Program-made: the position numbers and the translations under genes
In this document: positions 1 to 7,915 of the stretch, piece after piece
How the letters are laid out: every line of letters starts with the position of its first letter
Position numbering within the stretch: position 1 is the first letter of the stretch
IMG/VR virus record: IMGVR_UViG_3300033072_001201
Location: 1 to 64,000 of that record
Source of the DNA: a virus
Lineage: Duplodnaviria; Caudoviricetes
Length of the DNA stretch: 64,000 nucleotides
Direction: 5' to 3' (one strand)
The notes under the pieces: generated by a model
The model's database searches: none
What the model was told of the DNA's origin: nothing
What the model saw: the letters and a program-made list of their open reading frames with translations, nothing else

Positions 1-2
1 CA

Positions 3-254
3 GTAATAACTGACGGTCGGTTTTTGAGTGAAATTTTTAGGCTAAAAAAAGAATTTGGAGATAATAATGTTATTGGGGTGGAAATTATTAGAACAGATTC
101 GGTTTATAATCCCCCAGCCAAAGAATTAGAACAACAACCACTGCTTCGACCATTTATTGATTATAAGGTAGAATGGCCAACTGCTGGAAAAGACGAAGTT
201 GGCAAATTACAAAATTTCGCGGTGGAGTTTATAAAGAAATATAATTTAAATTAA
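3..254 (+). CDS. hypothetical protein, 5' end probably off-window
   Basis: Frame is open to the window edge; stop abuts the next ATG at 256. Confidence 0.7.
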   Translation, partial: VITDGRFLSEIFRLKKEFGDNNVIGVEIIRTDSVYNPPAKELEQQPLLRPFIDYKVEWPTAGKDEVGKLQNFAVEFIKKYNLN

Positions 255-255
255 A

Positions 256-537
256 ATGAATCTTCCAGTTAATTATGAATCTCTTTCTAGTTTAGAGAGA
301 AAATCTGTCAGAGAACAATATGTTAAACTTCAAAACGGTAATTGTTCTCATTGCGGAAGCCCATTAAACGGTCCTCCACCAGAAAAAATTTCATTGCTTG
401 TAATAGATGAAGACTTGTTTCCAGAAAATTTCTTCAAATATCCTGTTCATTTACATCATAATCATGATACCGGAATGACTATTGGCGCAGTTCATTGTTA
501 TTGTAATGCAGTTTTGTGGCAATATTGTGGAGAATAA
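256..537 (+). CDS. endonuclease VII-like (His-Me finger) protein
   Basis: CxxC...HLHHNHDTG..IGAVHCYCN matches the EndoVII pattern CxxC-HxDHxHxTG-xRGxLCxxCN. Confidence 0.8.
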   Translation: MNLPVNYESLSSLERKSVREQYVKLQNGNCSHCGSPLNGPPPEKISLLVIDEDLFPENFFKYPVHLHHNHDTGMTIGAVHCYCNAVLWQYCGE

Positions 538-543
538 TATATA

Positions 544-978
544 ATGTTAAGAAAAAAAGATTTATCTTATCTCACCTCTCCTCGCCGAAATCGTCCGTCA
601 ATTCCCGCAAGGATTTTAAACAAATTGGCAAAAGGTCGAACGCTAGATTTTGGCTGCGGCTATGGGTTTGACGCTAACTACTTTGGTTGGGAGAAATACG
701 ACAAATTCCACTATCCAAAATATCCCACGGGAAAATACAATACAATATTTTGTTTTTATGTATTAAATGTTTTAGATACTAAATATAAACGCCAAAAAGT
801 CCTGCGCGAAATCAAAGACTTATTAGCAAAAAGTGGGATTGCCTATATTGCAGTTCGCCGAGACAAAGATTGCAACAACACTTTTCGCGGGCGTGGAACA
901 TATCAACATAAAGTTTATCTAAAACTACCAATTTTTAAAGAAACTTCTGATTATTGTATATATATTTTGACGAATTAA
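544..978 (+). CDS. class I SAM-dependent methyltransferase
   Basis: Motif I LDFGCGYG, followed by FYVLNV. Confidence 0.8.
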   Translation: MLRKKDLSYLTSPRRNRPSIPARILNKLAKGRTLDFGCGYGFDANYFGWEKYDKFHYPKYPTGKYNTIFCFYVLNVLDTKYKRQKVLREIKDLLAKSGIAYIAVRRDKDCNNTFRGRGTYQHKVYLKLPIFKETSDYCIYILTN

Positions 979-1001
979 TTTTTATAGGTGTATTTTAATA
1001 T

Positions 1002-1286
1002 GTGTTTTTCACAGTCAAAAAGTTTATTCGTCGGTATTTTTGTTATAGCAAAAATTTTGCGCGATTTCTCTGGTTGAGTATTTGCCATTATAATCAATCC
1101 CAAATCGTTGATAATCAAGAAGTTAAAGAGAGGGAGAAAATTTGTCGTTCTTGTATTTTTTGTCTAAATAAAAAATCGTTAATATTTTATAGGTGCGGTA
1201 TTTGCGGGTGTTGGCTATTTTTCAAAACTTTGGCGAAAAATTCGGATTGCTCTCGTAAAAAATGGCTTGACGTTTCAGGAAAATAG
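1002..1286 (+). CDS. Cys-rich (Zn-binding) phage protein; start uncertain
   Basis: CxxC..C..CGICGC...K.....C..KKW pattern. Confidence 0.6.
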   Translation: MFFTVKKFIRRYFCYSKNFARFLWLSICHYNQSQIVDNQEVKEREKICRSCIFCLNKKSLIFYRCGICGCWLFFKTLAKNSDCSRKKWLDVSGK

Positions 1287-1349
1287 GTTACAGTCGATAA
1301 ACTAATTAATTTTAGTGTAATAGGCTTTGTCAGTTGTTCTTTTATATAT

Positions 1350-1433
1350 TGCAGGCACAAGCCGGATGACGCTAAAGAGGCTCATAACCTCTGCGAAAGC
1401 TATGCTTGGTGAAACTCCAAGGCTCTGCATCCA
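1350..1433 (+). tRNA. non-canonical tRNA, anticodon CAU (Met or Ile2), long variable arm
   Basis: Anticodon arm AGAGG-CTCATAA-CCTCT; T-arm CTTGG-TGAAACT-CCAAG; bulged acceptor stem; encoded CCA. Confidence 0.7.
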
Positions 1434-1653
1434 TTTTTAAATAATATACTATTCTTGTCAGAAAGAAACCAAACAAATTAGCTAGAGGGATTTAAAATTC
1501 TGAATATTCTCTCTAGTTATTTTTCCCGGTTGTTGCCAAATGGCTTTAATTTGTGCCACGGTTGCCCAGACTTTTGATTTGGGCTAGTAACTAAATGCAA
1601 ATTTAGCGAGTAAAAGAGAAAAGGCGATATAGTGTATTATTTAATATTTTATC

Positions 1654-1758
1654 GGGGGAGTAGTTCAGTGGTAGATCAGAGATAGACTATGATAGGGAAA
1701 AGACTCCTAAAAAGCGTCTTAAAAACTCAGGCCGATGGTTCAATTCCATCCTCCCCCA
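1654..1758 (+). tRNA. tRNA with a 40-nt expanded anticodon loop; identity undetermined
   Basis: Acceptor GGGGGAG/CTCCCCC; D-loop AGTGGTA; T-arm GATGG-TTCAATT-CCATC; GAGAT/AACTC stem encloses 1684-1723. Confidence 0.75.
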
Positions 1759-1764
1759 TTTTCA

Positions 1765-1883
1765 TCGGGAGTTTAGATATAAATTTTAACGCATTAATTG
1801 TTAAGCATGTTTAATAATTAAGTTTCGTTAGATTTTAGATTAAAACTAATATTAATTGATTCTAATAAATAGTCTCCCGGCCA
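1765..1883 (+). ncRNA. tRNA-shaped AT-rich RNA ending in GCCA
   Basis: CGGGAG/CTCCCG closing stem then G-CCA; internal hairpins; no canonical D or T consensus. Confidence 0.45.
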
Positions 1884-1888
1884 ATTTT

Positions 1889-2034
1889 GGCATAGATTAA
1901 GCAATTAGTCTTGCCGATAGTAAACAACAATAATCTAGTTTAAGTCTGGAAATTTTTGGATTTAGATTAGAAAATTGTTCTAATCAGCGTAAAGGACGCT
2001 ATTATAACCAATAATATGATTATAATTCCTGCCC
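1889..2034 (+). ncRNA. candidate multi-hairpin ncRNA
   Basis: GGGCA/TGCCC closing stem; internal GATTAGAA/TTCTAATC, AGCGT/ACGCT and ATTATAA/TTATAAT stems. Confidence 0.35.
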
Positions 2035-2111
2035 TTGCAATCGTCGCAACGATGGTTGTAATTGGAATTGGTTTAGTCGGATATTCTGACTATAAACGGT
2101 TCCAAGACTAA
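2016..2111 (+). CDS. 31-aa single-TM peptide (MIIIPALAIVATMVVIGIGLVGYSDYKRFQD)
   Basis: Translated by hand; hydrophobic helix with charged tail; terminator follows. Confidence 0.6.
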   Translation: MIIIPALAIVATMVVIGIGLVGYSDYKRFQD

Positions 2112-2127
2112 AATAGTAAATAACTAC

Positions 2128-2171
2128 AATCCCGGTTTTGAGACTTAAAAATCTTGAAGCCGGGATTTTTT
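2128..2171 (+). terminator. intrinsic terminator
   Basis: AATCCCGGTTTTGAGA / TCTTGAAGCCGGGATT stem then T-run. Confidence 0.8.
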
Positions 2172-2172
2172 G

Positions 2173-2201
2173 TTGACTAATCGAGAGAAAAGAAGTAGTC
2201 T
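2173..2201 (+). promoter_or_regulatory. sigma70-like promoter
   Basis: TTGACT-17-TAGTCT, 8 nt before ATG 2210. Confidence 0.7.
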
Positions 2202-2209
2202 TTTGAACC

Positions 2210-3232
2210 ATGAAAAAATATCAAATTCCAACGGGCTATTTAATCGTCGATAATTATTCTAAAGCCGAACTTGAAACTCTCTCGATTGGCGATTACGGCA
2301 AAGCCGCTAATATTAAAGCAGATTTTCTAGGATTTACAAAAGAAATTAATGGAGTTCCTAGTGGAAATTGTAAACCACTTTCCGAAAAATGGGTAATTAC
2401 CCTTAGTACCCAATTCGGATGCTCACAAAATTGCCGCTTTTGCAGCGTCCCAAATATTCCATTTCGCGGGAATGTTAGTTTTGAAGATTTACAAAAACAA
2501 TTTTATAATGCAATTGCTTGTTTTCCTAATGTAAAATATACAGATAGACTTAACGTTCATTATGCTAGAACTGGTGAGGGAGTAATGAATAATGATGTTT
2601 TTAAATTTAGCTATTGGCTTTATGACCAAAAGGGTGGTGAAATTTGGGCAAAAACAGGATTAAGAATTGAAACTCTTCACTCAGTTTTAACGACTTCTTT
2701 ACCGAAAAAGTATAAGAAATTAGAAGAGAAGCTACGCGAATGGATTTATATTAAAAATTTTATTTATAATGGTCAAGCGGGTTTTCAGTTTAGTATCAAT
2801 TCGACTAATGAGGATCAGCGACAAGATATGTTTAACGGCGAAAGTTTGGAATTGGCAAAATTTGCCGAAATCACGGAAGATTTTCCTACCCCAATCGGTC
2901 GAAAATATTGTTTGAATTTTGCGTACTCTTCCAATTTTGAAATAGATGCGAAAAAACTAAAATCTCTTTTTGATACTGAAAAATTTATGGTCAAAATTAC
3001 CCCGATTCACGAAAACAAAGAGTGCCGCAAAAAGGGGTATAAAACTATCGATGGTTATAATAACTTTGCCCCCTATAAAAAAGTAGAAGAAGAATTAAAG
3101 GAGGCCGGCTTTGATACTTTAGTTTTCGTACCTAGTTTTGATGAAGAAAAAGGGTTGGTAACTTGTGGCAATGCAATTTTAGGTGGAGATAAACTAACGG
3201 CAGATAATAAATTGAAAATTGAAGGAGTGTAA
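2210..3232 (+). CDS. radical SAM protein (RlmN/Cfr-like N-terminus)
   Basis: ITLSTQFGCSQNCRFC: CxxxCxxC preceded by an STQxGC motif. Confidence 0.85.
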   Translation: MKKYQIPTGYLIVDNYSKAELETLSIGDYGKAANIKADFLGFTKEINGVPSGNCKPLSEKWVITLSTQFGCSQNCRFCSVPNIPFRGNVSFEDLQKQFYNAIACFPNVKYTDRLNVHYARTGEGVMNNDVFKFSYWLYDQKGGEIWAKTGLRIETLHSVLTTSLPKKYKKLEEKLREWIYIKNFIYNGQAGFQFSINSTNEDQRQDMFNGESLELAKFAEITEDFPTPIGRKYCLNFAYSSNFEIDAKKLKSLFDTEKFMVKITPIHENKECRKKGYKTIDGYNNFAPYKKVEEELKEAGFDTLVFVPSFDEEKGLVTCGNAILGGDKLTADNKLKIEGV

Positions 3233-4077
3233 TGTTTCCGAAAATTAATACTTGTGACGGAATTTATTCGTCTTTAGACGTTCGTTTTACCAAATCTTGC
3301 GATAATTCTTGCTCTTTTTGTATTGAGAAACGAGGATTGGATTCGTTAGGCCAAACTAATATCGATAAAATGGTAGAATCTGTCAAGAACTCTGGCATCA
3401 AAGATATTTTAATTTTGGGCGGCGAACCATTTATCAATCCGAATAAATTATTAGATTTCGTATCTAAAATTCGTCCGATTGTTGATAAAATTTATATTAC
3501 AACAGCATTACCAATATCTTTTATATTGAAACAAGAGATTTGTAATCAAATTATTGATCAAATTGATGGATTAAATATTTCAATTCAGTCTATTGATAAT
3601 AATAAAAATATTGAAGTTTTACAAGCAAGTAGTAGTCATGACCGAATTAAGTTACTTCAAAAACTTCTTGCTCGAAATTTAGATAAAATTCGTGTTTCGA
3701 TTAATTTATCAAGAGGTGGAATTGATAGCAAAGAAAAGTTAGATAGGACGATTAATTTTTTGGCGGAAATTGGGTGTAAAAACTTAAAAATTAACGAATT
3801 ACAAAATTCGCCTGAAAATTATATTTCTTATGAAAAATTAATGGGCGAAAAATTGAATAGTCCGTTTTCGGGTGGGTGCCAAACGAAAATAAATCATCCG
3901 ATAATCAATATTATTCTAAAACGTTCTTGTTTTTTGACGGAAAAGAGTTTAAATGCTTCTTGGAAAGATTTATTTAAAACAATTTTTAATTTATTTAGGC
4001 GGCAAACCAATAAATTTGCCGTAATGTACGAAAATGGTAGTATAACGAATAACTGGAAAATTCAATATGAAAACTAA
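3232..4077 (+). CDS. radical SAM protein
   Basis: FTKSCDNSCSFC, ILGGEP; translationally coupled to the previous gene. Confidence 0.9.
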   Translation: MFPKINTCDGIYSSLDVRFTKSCDNSCSFCIEKRGLDSLGQTNIDKMVESVKNSGIKDILILGGEPFINPNKLLDFVSKIRPIVDKIYITTALPISFILKQEICNQIIDQIDGLNISIQSIDNNKNIEVLQASSSHDRIKLLQKLLARNLDKIRVSINLSRGGIDSKEKLDRTINFLAEIGCKNLKINELQNSPENYISYEKLMGEKLNSPFSGGCQTKINHPIINIILKRSCFLTEKSLNASWKDLFKTIFNLFRRQTNKFAVMYENGSITNNWKIQYEN

Positions 4078-4144
4078 AATTGCAAAAATTATTAATAAAA
4101 TTCGTAAGGCTATTAGTCATTGTAGCGGCGGTCATTGCAATTAA
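4067..4144 (+). CDS. 25-aa peptide MKTKIAKIINKIRKAISHCSGGHCN
   Basis: Translated by hand; ATG overlaps the rSAM stop; terminator follows. Confidence 0.55.
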   Translation: MKTKIAKIINKIRKAISHCSGGHCN

Positions 4145-4150
4145 AATATC

Positions 4151-4179
4151 AATCCTCGGTTAAAAACCGGGGATTTTTT
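4151..4179 (+). terminator. intrinsic terminator
   Basis: ATCCTCGGT-TAAAA-ACCGGGGAT then T-run. Confidence 0.75.
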
Positions 4180-4180
4180 C

Positions 4181-4209
4181 TTGACTTTCGGGCGGAATTT
4201 TCGTATTTT
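4181..4209 (+). promoter_or_regulatory. sigma70-like promoter giving a leaderless mRNA
   Basis: TTGACT-17-TATTTT, 6 nt before ATG 4216. Confidence 0.7.
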
Positions 4210-4215
4210 TAGGTT

Positions 4216-4554
4216 ATGCAAAATCTAATCGGCAAATATGTCAGGATTACCAAACTTGAATCTTTAAACGAAAAATCCGCGCAAAATTCTCATACCAAAT
4301 CTCTTGCTGGCGAATCTTGGTGGGCAGAAGGATTCGTGGAATATTTTGGAGATTTTATTCAACTACTAAGAATCCGCAATTATAATAATCCAGAGGGATG
4401 TTTGGGATTTTTCTATACTTCTAAAATTGAAAAAGTAGAGCGGCAAGAAAACAATGGCCAAAATTTTTTGACCTTGACTACTCAGAATTCCCGTTATAAG
4501 GTGGAGGAAGTTGAGGAATTTAAGATTAAATATGAAGTTGTTAAAGAAAATTAA
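4216..4554 (+). CDS. hypothetical protein
   Basis: Promoter-linked, packed ORF. Confidence 0.8.
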   Translation: MQNLIGKYVRITKLESLNEKSAQNSHTKSLAGESWWAEGFVEYFGDFIQLLRIRNYNNPEGCLGFFYTSKIEKVERQENNGQNFLTLTTQNSRYKVEEVEEFKIKYEVVKEN

Positions 4555-4556
4555 TT

Positions 4557-4787
4557 ATGAGCGATCATTTTATTAATTTTGCAAGCGGAAATTGTATTAT
4601 TTCAAATGCTAATATTCATAAATACAAAGGATTAACTTTTGAATTTCATAATTATTGCGGTCCAATGCGTCTAAATAAAAACGGCGAGCCGTCAAAACGA
4701 AATTTTAGCGTAAAAGAATATAAAATTATTGCTAAATGGTATAAATTAACCCCCTCTAAAAAGAAAAGAACATTAATATTTAATTAA
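4557..4787 (+). CDS. hypothetical protein
   Basis: Packed ORF. Confidence 0.75.
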   Translation: MSDHFINFASGNCIISNANIHKYKGLTFEFHNYCGPMRLNKNGEPSKRNFSVKEYKIIAKWYKLTPSKKKRTLIFN

Positions 4788-4788
4788 T

Positions 4789-5055
4789 ATGGAAAAATTA
4801 ACGATTAGAGAAGAAATTCGCGCATTAATTCTTCCCAAAATTAAAAAAGCAATTTCTGAATTAGAGATTGGAGATTGTTTAAATTTGGTTCATGGCGATA
4901 GTTCTGATCTTTGTTTTACAGACAATGTAAAAATTACAAAAATCACAAAGGAAACTATTATCTGGAATTATTCCAGTTGGGCGTATGGAGAAATAAATAA
5001 AAAGATATTGGAAAACGATTTATTACATTTTAGAGCAGATATTATTAAAAAATGA
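4789..5055 (+). CDS. hypothetical protein
   Basis: Packed ORF. Confidence 0.75.
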   Translation: MEKLTIREEIRALILPKIKKAISELEIGDCLNLVHGDSSDLCFTDNVKITKITKETIIWNYSSWAYGEINKKILENDLLHFRADIIKK

Positions 5056-5225
5056 AAAAGAAAAAAGATATTCCATGTTTGGGTTATGAAATAAATAATT
5101 CGAATGGTAGGGATTTCGACTGTGAATACGAATTTGCGGGAGAGATAATCTGTGAAAATTGTATTTGTTGCGGCGGGAAATTTGATCCAAGAAAACCACG
5201 CGAAAAACAAAAGGTTAAAAAATGA
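5052..5225 (+). CDS. 57-aa Cys-rich protein (not in the ORF track)
   Basis: ATGA overlaps at both ends; MKKKKDIPCLG...CENCICCGG. Confidence 0.7.
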   Translation: MKKKKDIPCLGYEINNSNGRDFDCEYEFAGEIICENCICCGGKFDPRKPREKQKVKK

Positions 5226-6181
5226 ACATTTTATTCAAGGGAGTATTTGGAAGTAGACTTTATTCCACAAACAACGAATCTAGTGATTATGACTATAAAG
5301 GCATCTTTTTAGTGCCAATTCGCGATTGTATTCTTGGCGGATATTCCCGTAATATCAATATTAAGACTAATACTGAGAAAAATGTCAAAAATTCCGCCGA
5401 AGATTCAGATACCGAACTCTATGCTCTCCAAGAGTTTATAAAACTTGCTCTCCAAGGTCAAACAGTGGCAATTGATATGCTTTCGACACCTAAAGATAAA
5501 ACCCTTATCTCTTCGCCAGAATGGGAAATTTTAGTAGCAAATCGGAAACGGTTTTATACTAAACGGATGTCAGCATTCATTGGTTATTCAAAATCAATGC
5601 AATGCAAATTTACTCAAAGAGCAGAAAAACTTAATGTTTTTAGGGATACTCTTAAAATCTTAGAGGGTATTAAAACTAGTTTTCCCCTAGAAGCGAATCT
5701 TTGGGATATTTGGAATTTGTTGCCAGAAGATAATAATCGTAAAAAAATTGAAGTTGACAGCAATAGATCGTCTAAAAATCGGTGGGTTTATGAAGTTAAT
5801 GGCAAAAAGCTTCAAAGTTTTGCTTCTATTGATTATGCCATTGAAATTTTAAAAATTCAAATCGAAGACTATGGAAAAAGAGTTCGGCAAGCGGCGGAAA
5901 CTAATAATATTGACAAAAAAAGTCTACATCATGCTTTTCGAGTAGCACTTGAATTAAAACAAATCTTAAAAGAGGGCGATTTGGTTTTTCCATTACCTGA
6001 AACCCAATTTTTGAAACAAATTAAATATGGTGAATTGGACTTTTTTAAAGACGGGTTAGAAGTAAAATTTGCTAATTTATTAGACGAAATAGAGTATTTA
6101 ATACAAAAAAGTAGTTTGCCCGATAAGCCAGATAGAGATTGGGCTAATAATTTTATTTTAAGTTGTTACAAAATAAGTTGA
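5222..6181 (+). CDS. Pol-beta-superfamily nucleotidyltransferase (RlaP/YcgL-like)
   Basis: GVFGSRLYSTNNESSDYDYKGIF: GS...DxD motif. Confidence 0.85.
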   Translation: MNILFKGVFGSRLYSTNNESSDYDYKGIFLVPIRDCILGGYSRNINIKTNTEKNVKNSAEDSDTELYALQEFIKLALQGQTVAIDMLSTPKDKTLISSPEWEILVANRKRFYTKRMSAFIGYSKSMQCKFTQRAEKLNVFRDTLKILEGIKTSFPLEANLWDIWNLLPEDNNRKKIEVDSNRSSKNRWVYEVNGKKLQSFASIDYAIEILKIQIEDYGKRVRQAAETNNIDKKSLHHAFRVALELKQILKEGDLVFPLPETQFLKQIKYGELDFFKDGLEVKFANLLDEIEYLIQKSSLPDKPDRDWANNFILSCYKIS

Positions 6182-6217
6182 AAAAAATATATAAAACCCA
6201 TAGGATTAGTGTATTCT

Positions 6218-7321
6218 ATGGGTATGATAAAAACTAAATATACTGAAGAAAAAATTAACAACGCTCTGATAGAAATGGGGCACGAAGAAATTACAATTGA
6301 TTTTTCTACATTTAAAGGGGTAAATGTTAAATGTAGATTTATAGATAATAAATATGGGGAATGGATGGCGTCTCCAAGTAATGTTTTATATAGAAAAAGT
6401 CGTCATCCCAAAAGGGGGCACGGGGAGGGCGGCAGAAAGAAAGTAATTCCACTAAACATAGTAAAAGAAAAATTAAAGAAAAATTTTGGAGATTTAATTA
6501 TAATTGATGAATCTACTTATGTAAATGGGACTTCTAAGGCCAGATTTATAGATAAAGAATATGGAGAATTTTGGCAACGGGTCGAGATAACATGTAATAA
6601 AAAATCTTGCGGGCATCCCAAAAGAGGGTTAGAAAGTCAAAGAATAACTTCCTCAATATCTGCTGAAGAGGCATACCAAAATATAAAAAATAAATTTGGA
6701 GACGAAATTGAATTAATTAAAGAAAGTTTTGTTCAAACCCACTTTAAATGTAAATTCAAACATAAAATATATGGTATTTGGGAGGCGTATTATCATAATA
6801 TAATGAAGGGGCATTCGCATCCTGAAGCTGGGAAGAAAAAACAAAAAGATACAATGTTTTCTAAATATGGAGTGGAATATGCATCCCAAATTCCAGAAGT
6901 TCATTTAAAAATAATGCGTAATAGAAAAAGAGTTATAGCACTAAAACATTGGAAAACAAACGAAGATATTTCGTGCAATGGCTCTTATGAATATGCAGTA
7001 ATTAAAAAATTAAATGAATTAAAAATAGATTATAATACTCAAATTCCATTTAAATTAGAAATAGACGGAGAAAATAAAACATACTTTGTAGATTTATATC
7101 TACCGGATAAGGATTTATATATTGAAATAAAAGGAGAAATGAAAGAAATTGGTAAAAAGAAATGGGAAAAGTTTCACGAATTATATTCAAATTCGGAGCT
7201 TTGGCAATTAAATGATGTTTGTAAGTTTACGGGGTTAACTAGTTTTAAACTAACAGATAGATTTAATAAAGCGTATTCCGAGTACAAATCCGAACAAAAA
7301 ATTTTAGACTTGACTGAATAA
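6218..7321 (+). CDS. free-standing PD-(D/E)xK homing-endonuclease-like protein with repeated N-terminal DNA-binding modules
   Basis: YFVDLYLPDKDLYIEIKG; three repeats ending GHP/RHP; candidate late promoter at 6206. Confidence 0.8.
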   Translation: MGMIKTKYTEEKINNALIEMGHEEITIDFSTFKGVNVKCRFIDNKYGEWMASPSNVLYRKSRHPKRGHGEGGRKKVIPLNIVKEKLKKNFGDLIIIDESTYVNGTSKARFIDKEYGEFWQRVEITCNKKSCGHPKRGLESQRITSSISAEEAYQNIKNKFGDEIELIKESFVQTHFKCKFKHKIYGIWEAYYHNIMKGHSHPEAGKKKQKDTMFSKYGVEYASQIPEVHLKIMRNRKRVIALKHWKTNEDISCNGSYEYAVIKKLNELKIDYNTQIPFKLEIDGENKTYFVDLYLPDKDLYIEIKGEMKEIGKKKWEKFHELYSNSELWQLNDVCKFTGLTSFKLTDRFNKAYSEYKSEQKILDLTE

Positions 7322-7335
7322 GGGATTTATGCCAC

Positions 7336-7416
7336 TCTAGCTCATTACCTGAAAAACCAGATCGCAAATGGGCAGAAGATTTTATAATTAGTTGTTATGG
7401 AAACCAAATCAAATAA
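7336..7416 (+). pseudogene. orphan duplicate of the nucleotidyltransferase 3' end
   Basis: Encodes SSSLPEKPDRKWAEDFIISCYGNQIK*, versus KSSLPDKPDRDWANNFILSCYKIS* at the end of 5222-6181. Confidence 0.8.
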
Positions 7417-7684
7417 TCAAGAAATAGAAGAATTAAAAACTCAATTAGAGTTTTATAAAACTTTATTGATTAATATTTATAAAGCCGCTGATTATTTAGG
7501 TTCCCGCGCAGAATTAAGATGGAGTGATCTTTATAGGGATTCTGAACTGAGAGAAAAAGATCTTGGATATTTAGACGCATATGATAATATAAAAAATATG
7601 GTTATCTATTATGATACTCTTGGATCTATTAATTATTATAAAGCAAATAATGTTGTCAAAGATTTGCCGAATATATTAAAATAA
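7397..7684 (+). CDS. hypothetical protein
   Basis: Packed ORF. Confidence 0.75.
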   Translation: METKSNNQEIEELKTQLEFYKTLLINIYKAADYLGSRAELRWSDLYRDSELREKDLGYLDAYDNIKNMVIYYDTLGSINYYKANNVVKDLPNILK

Positions 7685-7914
7685 TGAATGGTAAAATAAA
7701 ATTTCATAAACCGAACGGCCCTGCTTTTTATCAGGGAGAATTATGGCTTGCTTGCGATGGAAGTGGTTTAAAATGCTGGATAGATAGAGTGGAAAAATAT
7801 GGTGATGGAAAATTTGATTATATAATTCATTATATTTATTTAGATGGAGAAACCTCTTCTAAAGATGCTTGGAACTTTCAAGTAAGGTATTATCATTCTG
7901 CTGATAAAAAATAA
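7684..7914 (+). CDS. hypothetical protein
   Basis: Coupled ORF (TAATG). Confidence 0.75.
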   Translation: MNGKIKFHKPNGPAFYQGELWLACDGSGLKCWIDRVEKYGDGKFDYIIHYIYLDGETSSKDAWNFQVRYYHSADKK

Positions 7915-7915
7915 A

